This document shows, piece after piece, positions 13,460-25,561 of a DNA stretch of 64,000 nt. The position numbers and the translations under genes are program-made. Source of the stretch: Podarcis bocagei (Eukaryota); NCBI GenBank assembly GCA_964188305.1, contig OZ076887.1. One strand, 5' to 3'. Numbering within the stretch: the first letter of the stretch is position 1; every line of letters begins with the position of its first letter. Below the pieces are notes generated by a model that searched no databases, was not told where the DNA came from, and saw only the letters and a list, made by a program, of their open reading frames with translations.

Positions 13460-16400
13460 ACATAGAATCTATAAAAAAAACACTGGTATGGTAGAATGGC
13501 TAAGAGTGTGAACCAAAGTGCCCAGTTTGCTTTTGCCTCAATGTATATGAATATATTTAACATGTTTCAGCTTTCTCTCTCTATAAACAGCAGAAGCAGC
13601 AGAGAGACAAGGCAATCAGAATTGGGCCTGTGTTGCATGCGGGACAGAGATTAGCTCTTTTCCCCACTGTGGTCCAGATTGAAATAAAATACACAGACAC
13701 ACACTGAACCGCCTGTAAACCCTGCCAGGGAAGATTCCATCGAGTCAATGGAAACTTTATTGCTAGGACTTATAATGACTTCAGTGGGAGACAATTTCCA
13801 CTGGAACTACTGGGGAGGGAGTGGAAAGGTTAACTCCTTCTCCCCATACATCATGGTTCCAATCCTTAGGGATGCCCCCCTAGCACAATTAACAATTGTG
13901 TTAGGGAGAGTGAGGCCACACACACAACTGAACTTCTCAAAACAGAAAATGTTAAGTATTAAATAAAGCCATAATGTTTGGGGGTGGGTTATAGCTAAAA
14001 CCTATATGAACATAGCATTCAATGAAAATCTAATTATATAGTCCACATGTAGCCAAACATTTAATAATATTAAGTATCTTCCAACTAAGTCATGTTTTAC
14101 TATGCAATGGCATTCTAGATATGGGCCTTTCTAAACTCATTCCTCACATGTGCTGATAAGATGTGTCAGTATCAACATCAGAAAAGAAGAGAGAGAAAAT
14201 ACAATTGTATTTCTAACTTAGAAATGATGTACTTGCTCCACTTATACACCTTAAAAAGAGAAGTACCATGATAAATGTCATATGAAATATTAACTACATC
14301 ACTAGTGCACCAAGTAACAGCTTCTACTTCACGAGTATCTGACCTGGCTAGTGTATTAACTCCCAGTGCCTCAAGCTCTTTGTTCATCTTAAATCCAACA
14401 ATATACTAAAGAGGGCTAATCAATAAATAACTCAGCAAGTTGGATACCATAAATGGGTTTAAGGCCATAAGCTACTCCCTTTTTGTTGGGATGAGTGCGT
14501 TGAACCATTTATTTAGGTCAAAGAAAACATAGTCTTTGAAGGGTTTGGGTGCAGCTAACAATGGCATCAGACATTAATCAATTAGCAGCAGGGTTCAAAT
14601 ACTTCAAGCCCTGGTGTGAAGCATCTCCAGTGCTGGAAAAACCAGACAACATGCAATTTTGACTGTGGTATTGACTATTTCCATTTGCTGTGCCGTTTTC
14701 AAAAAAGGCTCACTTACATACATTAATGTAATTTAGAAGGATGCAAATACAAAGAGCACCAAGTGTTTGGGAATAAGGAAGCATTCTGAGTCCACAAATG
14801 AGATTATCAGCATGAGTGAAAATTTGAAAGCACTTTAACAGGAAACAAAATGCAGGATCGACAAGCAATAGAGACTCCCTGCACTAAAAAAAAAAAAAGG
14901 TTGTCATAAATTTTAGTTTAAAGTAGTCTTTATATTATTGTATTTTAAAGGATCAGAATATTTTTTTATTTAAAAAAATAAAGATCATATTAAAAAAAAA
15001 TTTAATTTATGCAGAATAGATGGTTCAGAAATAAAAGTTTATTATGGGGAAAGTGAAAAACGTGGCTATTTGACATTTTAGCAAGACTGGTCTAAACTTT
15101 TACACTCAGAGTAAATACATTTAAGAGCAGCATGAAAAACAGGAAGTTTTAAAGGATTCTGGTGGCAGACAGATTGCTCTAGGCTTCCCTTCAAATAAAA
15201 AACAAAACACATGGTAGTGACACTCTCTAACAATAGCACGATTAACAGCTGTGGGGTTCCCATGACAGACAATGTTGCTCATGTTTTGTTTCAGACTGGC
15301 ACAACTGTCACGGCTCACAAGATTGACCAGATCCACAAATCTGACATTTTCAGTTTGTCACACATCTATAAAATCGAAAAGGGGGAAGGGGGAGAAATCC
15401 CAAGAGCTTTTACTAGTAATGTCCCTTGCTGTGATGCCTGAGGTGATAAATTCCCAGTTCATACTATTCCACCATTATGGCAAAACATGGGTTTAATTGT
15501 TATCAAGGGGTGGGATCAAGCTTTGTTTGTTCGTAAGTGGAAATGGGACTAGGAAACAACTTCTACACAGCTTTTCTTTTTCTGGTTTAAGTAAGACTAG
15601 AATGCATAATTGTTGGCAAGGTAATGAAATAAACAAATAACTTTTAAGGCCCAGCAAAGGATGTGTGCTAATTTTGGTTTATTTATTCTAACATAGTATT
15701 ATTCTAACATAGTATTGGCCAACATTCTATTATAGGCAAGCATTTTCTTGCTATAAAATTTTGCACAAAGTGATCAAGTGTTTCATATCTTAATATCTAA
15801 GGGGCTTCTCTAAACAGGAAAAAATTCTCCCATTTCTACTTTTGGTTCTAAACTAAAGCATAAGAATGTCTGAAGTGCTCACGCAACAATCTCAATATTT
15901 CCCCCCTATGTTTAACCTATAACTTTATTAGCTAATTAAGCATTAGGGATACTTTTATACTCCAACACCCTAATAGTGTACATGCAAAACCAAAGCATAT
16001 TGTAAGCAACCTTGTCCACCAGCAATGATACACGAAGAGCATTTCAATAAACCTAAACATGCTGTGTGATGATGACACAGCTGAACAGGACTGTGTGCAC
16101 CCCATTACATTGGTTTATTTTCCAGCTGAACAAGTTAGAGGGAGATCCCAGGACAAAGCAGGCAGTTTCCACATTGACTCATGCCATGTAAGATTTTCTT
16201 GTCCTTATTTACACTGTACAGTGACATCTAAGACTTGTGGCTTCAAACCAAGGATTCCACAAGCTATAGCGAACAACCTGGTGAGTAGCCAGACCTTACT
16301 GAAGCTAAGGAGGTGGAAAATTACTGAGAGCCTCATGTTAAATTGCCCTCAGATTACTAAACAAAGGAAGACATGAATACAACTAAATAGGAACAAAAAG

Positions 16401-16499
16401 GAACAAAAACAGAAACATATTTGCTACCGTTGCACAGATGTGCTAGCTTTGCTGGGCCTGGAGTCCAAGGATCCTCTCAATGCAGTAATATCTTTAATA

Positions 16500-16741
16500 C
16501 AGTGGTACCTTGGGTTAAGTACTTAATTCGTTCCGGAGGTCCGTTCTTAACCTGAAACTGTTCTTCACCTGAAGCACCACTTTAGCTAATGGGGCCTCCC
16601 GCTGTCGCTGCGCAACCAGAGCATGATTTCTGTTCTCATCCTGCAGCAAAATTCTTAACCCGAGGTACTATTTCTGGGTTAGCGGAGTCTGTAACCTGAA
16701 GCGTATTTAACCTGAAGTGTATGTAACCCGAGGTACCACTG
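16500..16741. mobile_element. Tc1/mariner-type MITE (family A), full length
   Basis: TA|CAGTGGTACCTTGGGTTA...TAACCCGAGGTACCACTG|TA. Confidence 0.92.
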
Positions 16742-16743
16742 TA

Positions 16744-16880
16744 TAGAATCATAGAATTGCAGAGATGGAGGGGACCACAAGGATTATCTCATTCAACACC
16801 CTGCAATGCAGAAATCTTTCAAGCCCCAACGTGGGGCTTGGACCCAGATTAAGAGTCTATTCTGCTTGTCTCAACTACCA
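16744..16880 (-). mobile_element. Squam2-like SINE (tRNA-Lys head plus CR1-type tail), degenerate
   Basis: Reverse complement of the element at 50501. Its ATTCTATGATTCT tail abuts the MITE. Confidence 0.7.
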
Positions 16881-16954
16881 TATCAGAGCACCAAAAAATA
16901 GTTGAAATGTAAGTTTAGGTCTACTGCCTACTTATTGATTTACAAACTTATCAC

Positions 16955-17042
16955 CTTTGTCTCTTCTATTCTCATTGCATCCAGCAAATAGTGGAGAACT
17001 TCTTGGCTGTCCTGCTGTTGAAATCCCTTAAAGCGAGGAGCC
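16955..17042 (-). CDS. USP45: USP45 coding exon 9 (88 nt; [29 protein letters not shown])
   Basis: USP QQD box, TTGCAG/GTGATA boundaries, phase 2/0. Confidence 0.97.
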
Positions 17043-19154
17043 CTGCAAAACGGGAGAGAAGAAATGAGTACGTCTCTAGCAGATGAGTTTTCAGATTCAA
17101 TAATAAGGTAATTTATATACAAATGTGTGTTTGCTAAGGAATCAAAAGAAAACCATGACCAAAAAGAGAAAACCACAGCAAGAAACAGGAATATATAAAG
17201 GTGAAAGGGAGGTGGAAAGCATATAAGCTTTGCTTACTTTTCAAAAAGATTTCAATATGAGACATAGCTGAGAGGCAACAAAACTCAAAACTGTAGGGGC
17301 AACACTTGAGAAAAGAAACAACCTTATCACAGTGGTGTCAAGTTTCTCCTACACAAGTGAATGGCTGCCATTTGCTCCTATGACAAAAAATAAATGCTGG
17401 AATCGTGGCCAAAACCACCAACCCACCACCTCTGAGATCAAAAGGCTGATCTTAAATCTGCAGAGATGTTCACAAATTTATTCAGGCAGCCAATTTTCAG
17501 AAGGACAGTCCACAGGGCATTACGATTTTAGAATAAATGCTGGAAATTTACAGACCTTCACTCTGAACACATAATGACATGTTTTTTTTTAGTTCCAGTA
17601 AAAAATATTTAAAGGTACTTGAGTTTGAGTATATTGAGGGTTATACAACAGCTATTATAAAGTATATGAAGGCTAATCTTAAAAGTCCTGCAATATGTAG
17701 AATAGCAGGCAGCTTGCTGCTTTGCTGAAAAGAGCAGCAGAGTATTGTCACATTAGTGCAGCAAACAGGGGACATTTTATTAGCAAAGAAAAGGAGTGCA
17801 CACTACCAGCTGTCTTAGATGCACAGTGCCAGGTGCTTAATGAAAATTAAGAATAAGTTTTAGCTCACCATTACCAGCATTGTTCCTATAAAAATATTCA
17901 ACTTTCCATAAAAAGACTGTGGCCCTGTTCACACATAATAGTAAAATATAGTTAATGGTTTATAATAATCACACCTGAGTGGGCTCTTTCACTCTTCCCT
18001 GCTTGCGCTAGGAAGAAGCCATGCAAAGCCAGGCTTTCCTGGTAATCAAACTGGACATACTGATCATAGTTTGTTAAAACAAACCATGATCCCTGGTTCA
18101 GACATAACACAAAGGGAGGGATCAAATTCCCCACTGCCTGCTCCCCCCCCCCCCAGCAAATATACAGAGTAGTGAAAGAGTCCTCTTAGGTGCATTCACA
18201 ATAAATTGTTAACTGTGGTCTTTCCAAGCAAGACTGCAGAATGCAAATGTGATGGATACATGTATCAGGCTTATAAATAGTGATTAGCCATGGAAAGTAA
18301 GTACTGTATTGTCTCAAGGTGAAGAGGCCAGAAACCATTACAGAAGTTTGATCTTTATTTATTTTAGACCTAAACACAGATCAGCAACAGACTTTGGTGG
18401 ACTGATTTCTTAAACTGAAATATTATATTCAGAGTCTGGTCAGTTTTAAAACAAACAGTAATTCTTACTGCAGAATACTATACATTCTTATCTAAGCTGC
18501 CCCTGAAAGGCACTATCTCATGGGAAACTGAAACTTGTTTGTAAATACCAGTAAATGTCAAAGCCATTACTTATTTGCGTAGAGAAGTGGAATGGGACAC
18601 ATGCACAACGCCTGTCCCCTCCTCTTGATATACAATCCAGAGTATAATTGACAGAACACAGCTTATGGTGATATTTAATAAAACTTGAAGTTATGGGGAA
18701 AGAAAGAATTTCCTGCTTTGGCCTGTTCCACCTTTTAATAAAATTAGAAGAACTGATTCCAATTTTTGTTTTAGCCTAAGGAGAGATGTTCTGAACAGTA
18801 GGAGCAGCAGAAGAATTTTCAGTGTATGTCAGCAACTTGTCCTGTATACAGTAATTTCATTTGTCATTTGCCCAACCAAGGCCTTTTCAGTCAAGGTCTT
18901 ATACAATTGTACCAGTTAGTGAATATAAGAAGAAAAATGTTAGAGCTAGCCCAAAATTTCTCATAAAGTATTTCTTTTTGAAGTTTTCCCTTTTTCTCAC
19001 CTACAGTTGAAAAAGAGGACACCTGGCAGAACATTTTCTGAATCTTCTCTGCCATTTATTGTGACACAAGCCATCAACACACTTTCTACTAGAACTACTT
19101 ACATTTTCCTTTTTAAAAAACTCAGTTTTACTCTGCCCCCCCACCCCACCCCAG

Positions 19155-19230
19155 CCATTTTATTCACAACAAGTACTTGTGAAGTGGGCTAGGAGAGGCT
19201 GAGAGATGAAGGCTGGCCCAAGGTCACATA
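19155..19230 (-). mobile_element. MIR-like/CORE-type SINE remnant (related remnants at ~28860-29030 and ~39170-39320)
   Basis: Recurrent motif CCTCACAACAA...TGTGA(R)G...GGCTGAGAG...GCCCAAGGTCAC. Confidence 0.5.
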
Positions 19231-22200
19231 CTATAAAGGTGTAATCAACACACTTTTCAATATAAAATGACAAAAGTACAGCAGTTTAAAAATATGACAT
19301 TTCGTGGTTAAGCCAGTTGCTTAAGGCCTATGAGCAATAAATATTAACGTCTGTTAACATACAATACTGCACTAAAATTCTTAGTGAGAAATGGAAAGAT
19401 TTCTACAGGAAACCTTTGTCAAAAAAGCTAAAGAAAGGCGAGTGGGGGAGAGTGTATAGGAAAGGGGAAATAGAAAAGCTCTAATCAGCATTGATATGTT
19501 CAGATTTGACAACTAAAAGATGTGCATTCTTGTCTCCTTGAAAATATGCTCCAAGCAAGATCCTTGGCAAAAGTGGAGGACTCTAAGATGGTTGGTTGAA
19601 CTGACCGTTCACAGATGTGCTAACATATGGAAGCCAGTGTCAATGCGCTACAACCTGTTGTACAGTGTCAGCAGTATAAATGACAGAACAGGTTGAATTC
19701 CTGTTAATGGCCATAAGTAGTGAAGGACAACTGTGACAGCTATGTCATGGCAACTCAAGTCTACCATCTCAGTGCTCAACATGGTACAAAACAGAACTGT
19801 TTTGAATAACACCTAAATATTTAGCCAATACTTAGATATAGCATCTATTCATTTTAAGTGAAGGAGAATTTATTTTAGGTAAAACTTTCATGATTCGATT
19901 GTCAGTAACCAAATATGCACTGTTAATTATCAACTCCAAGGAAAAAATTAAATGTCAAGACTGCCACCCTGGACTCCTTCAGGATATAAACTAAACAAAC
20001 ATTTCACTGCATCAGCCAAGCATCATCATGGTAGGCATAGAAACAGGTAAACAGAAAAAGAAGCAGAATGCTTTGATCTGCAAAACAAGAAACAATGTTT
20101 TTCTTCATCAAACAAATAGCTTGAAAACGTAATGGTGTACCTTAAGAATGGGTGGGAAAGTTTTGATAAATATTTTTATGGATAATAATAAAAATTGTAG
20201 CGATATCAATATCAAAGGTTTATCACAAGAAACCAGTATGCCACAAGAAATACAGTATGTCACCAGTATGCCAGGTTCGAGTTAATAGTGAATTTAAAAA
20301 GCTTAGAATTGTAAAACATTTAAAGTCACAACGATCTTAGATTACTTTTTGACCCTCACTTGCAGAGCCCCTTTCAAAGTGCTCCGCGAGACAGCACTTT
20401 GAAATGGGCTTAGTGAGACCCAAAAGTAAGCCCCTTCCAAAGTGCTTTGCATAGGGCAAGGAGCCTCTGGCCCTTGGACTTAATCAGGTCTGCCAAGTCT
20501 CCCCATGTGGTCCATGAGGCTATTTCAGACAAGCCACAGCCACATGGAGAAAGTAGAAGACCAGTTCAGCCAAAAAAGGGTTTGCAAGCACTGCGAATGA
20601 CCTGATCTGTGGTGTCTGCAAAGCGCTTTGAAAGGGGCTTAGCAAGACTCTTGTTTCAAAGGTGCTGTGCAAGTGCAGGGGAAAAGGCACATGATGTCAC
20701 TGTGATATTAAGTAACTGACTTTAAAACTTGCCCCAGGAGAGCCAAGGGAGATAACGATCCACCATACCCCCAAGATTGGACAGTAGGTACCACTAATCA
20801 GCTGTTCAGAAGAGCCAGCAAACTCTCTTTTGACTGAGCCAGATTTTTACCTGCCACATGTGATGTCATATATGATGTACGGTGTAGGGAAGATGAGTGT
20901 GGCTCGGATAAAGTGGCCTTGTGGACCAAACAGGGAGGCCTGGCAGACCCACAGGTCAAAAGTTTCCTATCCCAAATTTATGGGAAGAAAAACAAATGGT
21001 GTATTAGGTAATGACAATGAAGAAACATTTACATAGGGTAGGATAGAATTTCAAACTCGTCTGAATCTTTGATAGCATTCTTGGATTGCAAGAGTAGTTG
21101 TAACTACAAATATTAAAACATGCTTAAGAATTTTCTTTTTTAAAGTGTAGATATTTTAGAAACTTGAGGTAGTTGTATACTAACAGCACCTCACCCTACA
21201 TAATTGTAGAGAGGAAGGATAACAGGATTCTAAAAATAGGAAATTATCCTGTTCCTATTAATTGTAAATTTAAAATTAATGGAGAATGAGGGGGCAGGGG
21301 AGAAATGCCTCCCATTCATTTGTTTAGCTCTGGATAGCACAAAATAGTACCCATGGGCCCCACTTCACCCTTGGACACTTCCCTTGGTTCCTGTCAAGGC
21401 CCTCTGTCCTTAGCACCAGCAAAATCACAATTTTATCAAAGGTGCATCTAACGGTGGAATTCCAGAATGTTTGCTCAAAAGTCTCATTGAATTCAGCAGA
21501 GCTTGCTTCACAGATCTTAAGCCACAGATTTAAGGCTGCAATCCTAAATGTATGTAACTAGGAAGTAAGCGCCATTTAAAACAGTGGCACTTATTTCCAT
21601 GTAAACATAGTGGAGAATCTCAGGCCCAAGAGCTATATGAAACTCTTCAGATCTCTATTTACTTCTTAGTACTCTCCCTAAGCCACACCTCTCTCTGGCC
21701 CTGTTCCCATACTTTTCCTGAGTGCTTTTGCCTGGCCGGAATATGTGTCCTAAAAGTGTGATAATTATTACCTTGCTTGGGGATAAGTGTGTATATGTTT
21801 GTGTGTGCATGAACACACATCCCTCCATTGCTCTGCCCACATACATTGCTCTACCCACTTGACCTGTGGAACCACCCGCCACTAGAATGCAGTCCATAGA
21901 AGGTTCTTTGTGAAGGAACGTGGCCTTGAGGCTGAAAATTGTATATATGATTTACAGATGTATAGGATTGTGTAGCTGATGCCTTAAAAAATCTAGAGCA
22001 AAAAGAAGTGACACATATACTAAGTGGTGGTATTTTTCAATCTGAACCATCTGTGGTTATCCAGAAAAAGAACCAAGATGAGACAAGTTCCTATTTTGCC
22101 TACTATGTGACTTTCTCATTTTCTTACAAGCTCCTGGCTTTTCTAAGCTCCAAATTACAAGACACCATAGTTATCACTGCATTATTGCTAATAAAGAAAA

Positions 22201-22827
22201 CGTTACCCAGCAATACTAAAGCACAAGTGTGGGTTTTTTAAAAACACCAATAACTGCATTTTTTGAGCACACCAAGCAGAAACAAAGCTCCACTTTCCAA
22301 TTCAGATGAAAATCTACTCAATAGCAAGGAGTACTGCCATAATACCTGGCTTCACAATTTCTTCCACTGATAAAATTACCCAGCCGTAACAAATAAAAGA
22401 ATTATGTCCTCTTAGTACATAAATGTTGTGTGAGCCACTAAGTCTCTAGATAAGTCAAAAGTCTGCATCCCTAATATTCAGAATAGTGGAAAACAAACAG
22501 AAGGGCCCTGTAGCTATGCACACAATCTGTCTTAGCAAAACGTCTGACAGCTGCAACACTAACAAAATTAACAGTGGATGAATTAGTACCAGACGCAGAA
22601 CAGTTGCTATAGAAAGAATCATCAATTTATTTCTTTTTTCCTCAATAACCGAACAGTTAAGAGGGGAAAACTCGTATAAAAATCCTTGCCGTTTTATTTC
22701 AACATGATACACCATAATAAATTTCTACTGATCTAAATAAAAATGATTATGTTAGGCAAAGCATTTCAAATTTAACGTGTGGATGCCATGCATGTGAAAC
22801 ATGCTACCAACGTGAAGTTGCTCTTAC

Positions 22828-22958
22828 TTTTGACAGAGCTGGCTGAAAAGAACTTTGGGAGAAAGAGGCCCTTTTCCAGTTTCTTTCATGCTATGAAGGA
22901 ACAGGAACATAGCTGAAGTCAGTGGCCCAGGACTTGAAAGGTTCACTACCAAAGGTTC
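22828..22958 (-). CDS. USP45: USP45 coding exon 8 (131 nt; [44 protein letters not shown])
   Basis: AAAG/GTAAGA boundaries, phase 0/2, high similarity to recalled human sequence. Confidence 0.97.
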
Positions 22959-23397
22959 CTTTAGGATCAAAATAAATATCAGATGTTAATTCACAGTACC
23001 TCCTCTTAATTTATAAATGTAAACTAAACAGTTGATGAAACAGCTAATTAAAATTTGGAAAAGGGGGGAACCCTAAACCTCTCAAGGTTAGCACTTCATG
23101 TGTAAAGGAAAACAATTTGTAGAATCCTATATTTAAAATATAGCATTTTGTTTGAGGACAGTCTACTTGGTGAGCATTTTGAACAAGCAAACAAAGAACA
23201 AAGCAAGATTTAACATGCCTTGCCATGTATCAACATAAGGAAGTGCAATATATAGACTAAAACACATTTTACAAGGATATTTTTTTTAAAAAGTCAGGTG
23301 TGATTTTTAATTTTGTTTTAGAGATGAGCATGAAAAAGACATATGTGGGTTGAAATGTTATTCGGAGACAAAATTGGACATCAGTTTCTCCTTAAAA

Positions 23398-24113
23398 CAG
23401 TGGTTTTCAACCAGTGTGCCATGGCACCCTGGGGTGCCCTGAAGGATGGTCAGGGGTGCCGCAGGCAACACTGGCCTCTGTCCCTCTTTCCTTTTGATGC
23501 CCTCTGCATCTCTGCCTCCTAAAGGCTTGCACAGCTGTTTGTTGCAGCAATCCTGGCTACAAGTTCCCCAGGTGAATGGCGCCTCTGGGGCTGGCCAGGG
23601 GGTGCTGGTTGCCAGGAGCTGCAAGGAGGAGCCCAGTCAGCCAGCCCTTGCTGTTGGGAATGGAGAAGTGGGAGGCCGAGCAGGCAAGCAGGCACCACAC
23701 TGACCTTTCTTGTGCTTGCTGTGTGCAAGCCTGCCTGGGAGCTGAGTGCCCAGTGCTGAAGTTGAGCCTTTACACCTGGCAGCACCCGCTGCTTCCACTG
23801 CTGCCTCCCAAAGTAAGGTGCTCACATTCACCTTTGGCTAGCCTCCATTAGGCCACTAAGGCTGGAGGCATCCTCTTCCCAGGCCACTGTGGGGCAGTGT
23901 GAGGAGGCACCTCTCTTTGGGATGGGGGGGGGCAGCTCAGAGAGCAGGGTGGCAGAGGAGTGGGGAGAGGAGAGGAGGTTTGAAAAAGGTGAGAGGCTGC
24001 CAGCTATGCATACAAGGGGTGACATAACTGGGCTCTTGAGCCCCACAGGGGCTCCACATTAAGAATGTAGTTGGTCAAGGGAGCCTTGGACTGAAAAAGG
24101 TTGAAAACCTCTG
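23398..24113. mobile_element. Non-autonomous hAT (Charlie-like) transposon, 716 bp
   Basis: TIRs CAGTGGTTTTCAACC / GGTTGAAAACCTCTG, decayed 8-bp TSD CCTTAAAA/CTTTAAGA, GC-rich interior. Confidence 0.8.
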
Positions 24114-24439
24114 CTTTAAGAAATAAGAACACTTCTAAATCTAAAGGTCCATCTAGTCTCACATCCTGTTCCAACAGTGACCAGACAACTACAGGAAGCT
24201 GGAAGCAAAACTCAAGTCACACTTCTCTTTTAATTTAGCAGAACATCACTCCAGTCACTAATTTTATAGAACAATATGTCTAAAAACAAAAGTAGAGGCA
24301 GATATCATGATCACTTAATAAATATTAAATTGGTCAAGAATATATTCACCATCATCATTTTTCAATATCCAGTCAATGCCATTCCCAAAGGAGGGTCCTC
24401 TGAATATTTCACACAAAGCATTTCTCACTAAATGCTTAC

Positions 24440-24535
24440 CAGTTGAGATGCAGGACTCTGACCAATTTTAAGCTTTGTCCCCTTTTCTTTAACTTCACAC
24501 ATTAGTTCATTTAACAAGTGTGTCTGTGCCATGTT
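24440..24535 (-). CDS. USP45: USP45 coding exon 7 (96 nt; NMAQTHLLNELMCEVKEKGTKLKIGQSPASQL)
   Basis: TTTAG/GTAAGC boundaries, phase 0/0. Confidence 0.95.
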
Positions 24536-25409
24536 CTAAAGAAAAAAGGAAGGAAAATGTTATAGATGGCATTTATTTATTAACTGGACTACTCTTAACA
24601 AATTATTATTGAAAGTGAATTTATACTGTGGCAAGCATAATTCTCCTTAATGGCAGTAGAATAATCACAATCCAAAGAGCTCCTTTAGAACATATGCCCA
24701 GCGAGGCTTCTGACCATTTATTTAATGTGCAGCTGCCTATGCTACATCAAAAACTGCTTTCGAAATTCCCTCAAGTGTCACAGGTTTCAAGTTCTGCAAA
24801 CTGCCATTTTAAAAATACCTACTTCAAATTCTAACTGGTCACACAGTTAGCAGCAACAGCACTCCCCGGACTGAGAGAAAAGCTGCTTCTACACTAGCTG
24901 CTCAGTTCAAAATTATCATAGTTTCTTCACTCAACAAATAGATCAGCTAGATGGCATCTTTAGATCAATGTTTCTCCTTATTCCTCCTCCATTCCATTTA
25001 GAAGGTCATTTATTTTGACTATTTTTAATTTAAAAAAAGAGTAGCACAACTCCAGCAATAGTAGATCACCTTTGTGCTACAGTTTAATTAAAGCTGGTCC
25101 TTGCACTTCTCCTTATCTCCTACTACCCCTTGAAATGCAACTAACTACAAGAATAAAGGTACTGATATGTTGCTAAGTAATATAAAATAATTGAAAATGT
25201 AGCCCAGCATCAGGTGAAAGTTCAGAAAACAGGATGGAGCTGTCCTAGGTAGCCAGTGCAGCAGAAGGCTAAAAAGGAAATTCATTATGCAGTCTTACCA
25301 AATTTTTAACAGTGTGTTTCGGAACCCAAGACAAAAATAAGTGCAACCTGCAGCCTTAATGAAATACACAGGTGTACTTCAGAATACGGTGGTGCATCTT
25401 AATTCTTAC

Positions 25410-25561
25410 CTGCATGACAGCATTAAAGAAGCATGTGTTCCCTAGGTTATTAATGCCTTTAACCGGAACTGATGCCCAACTAGAGCTGATGCCTTTGCCC
25501 TTTAATATGTCACTTGCTTCATTGTTTTCTCCATGTAACCATATAATTTTTGAGGATGAAC
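25410..25561 (-). CDS. USP45: USP45 coding exon 6 (152 nt; ...VPVKGINNLGNTCFFNAVMQ, catalytic Cys box)
   Basis: USP Cys box GxxNLGNTCFFNAVMQ with TAAAG/GTAAGA boundaries, phase 1/0. Confidence 0.97.

Noticed and set aside
23358-24046. Cluster of 64-91 aa ORFs
   Set aside because: GC-rich interior of a non-autonomous hAT element, with no transposase motifs.
25410-25561. USP45 exon 6 appears ~4 codons longer than human
   Set aside because: In-frame change in a variable linker before the Cys box; the comparison is from memory and is unremarkable.
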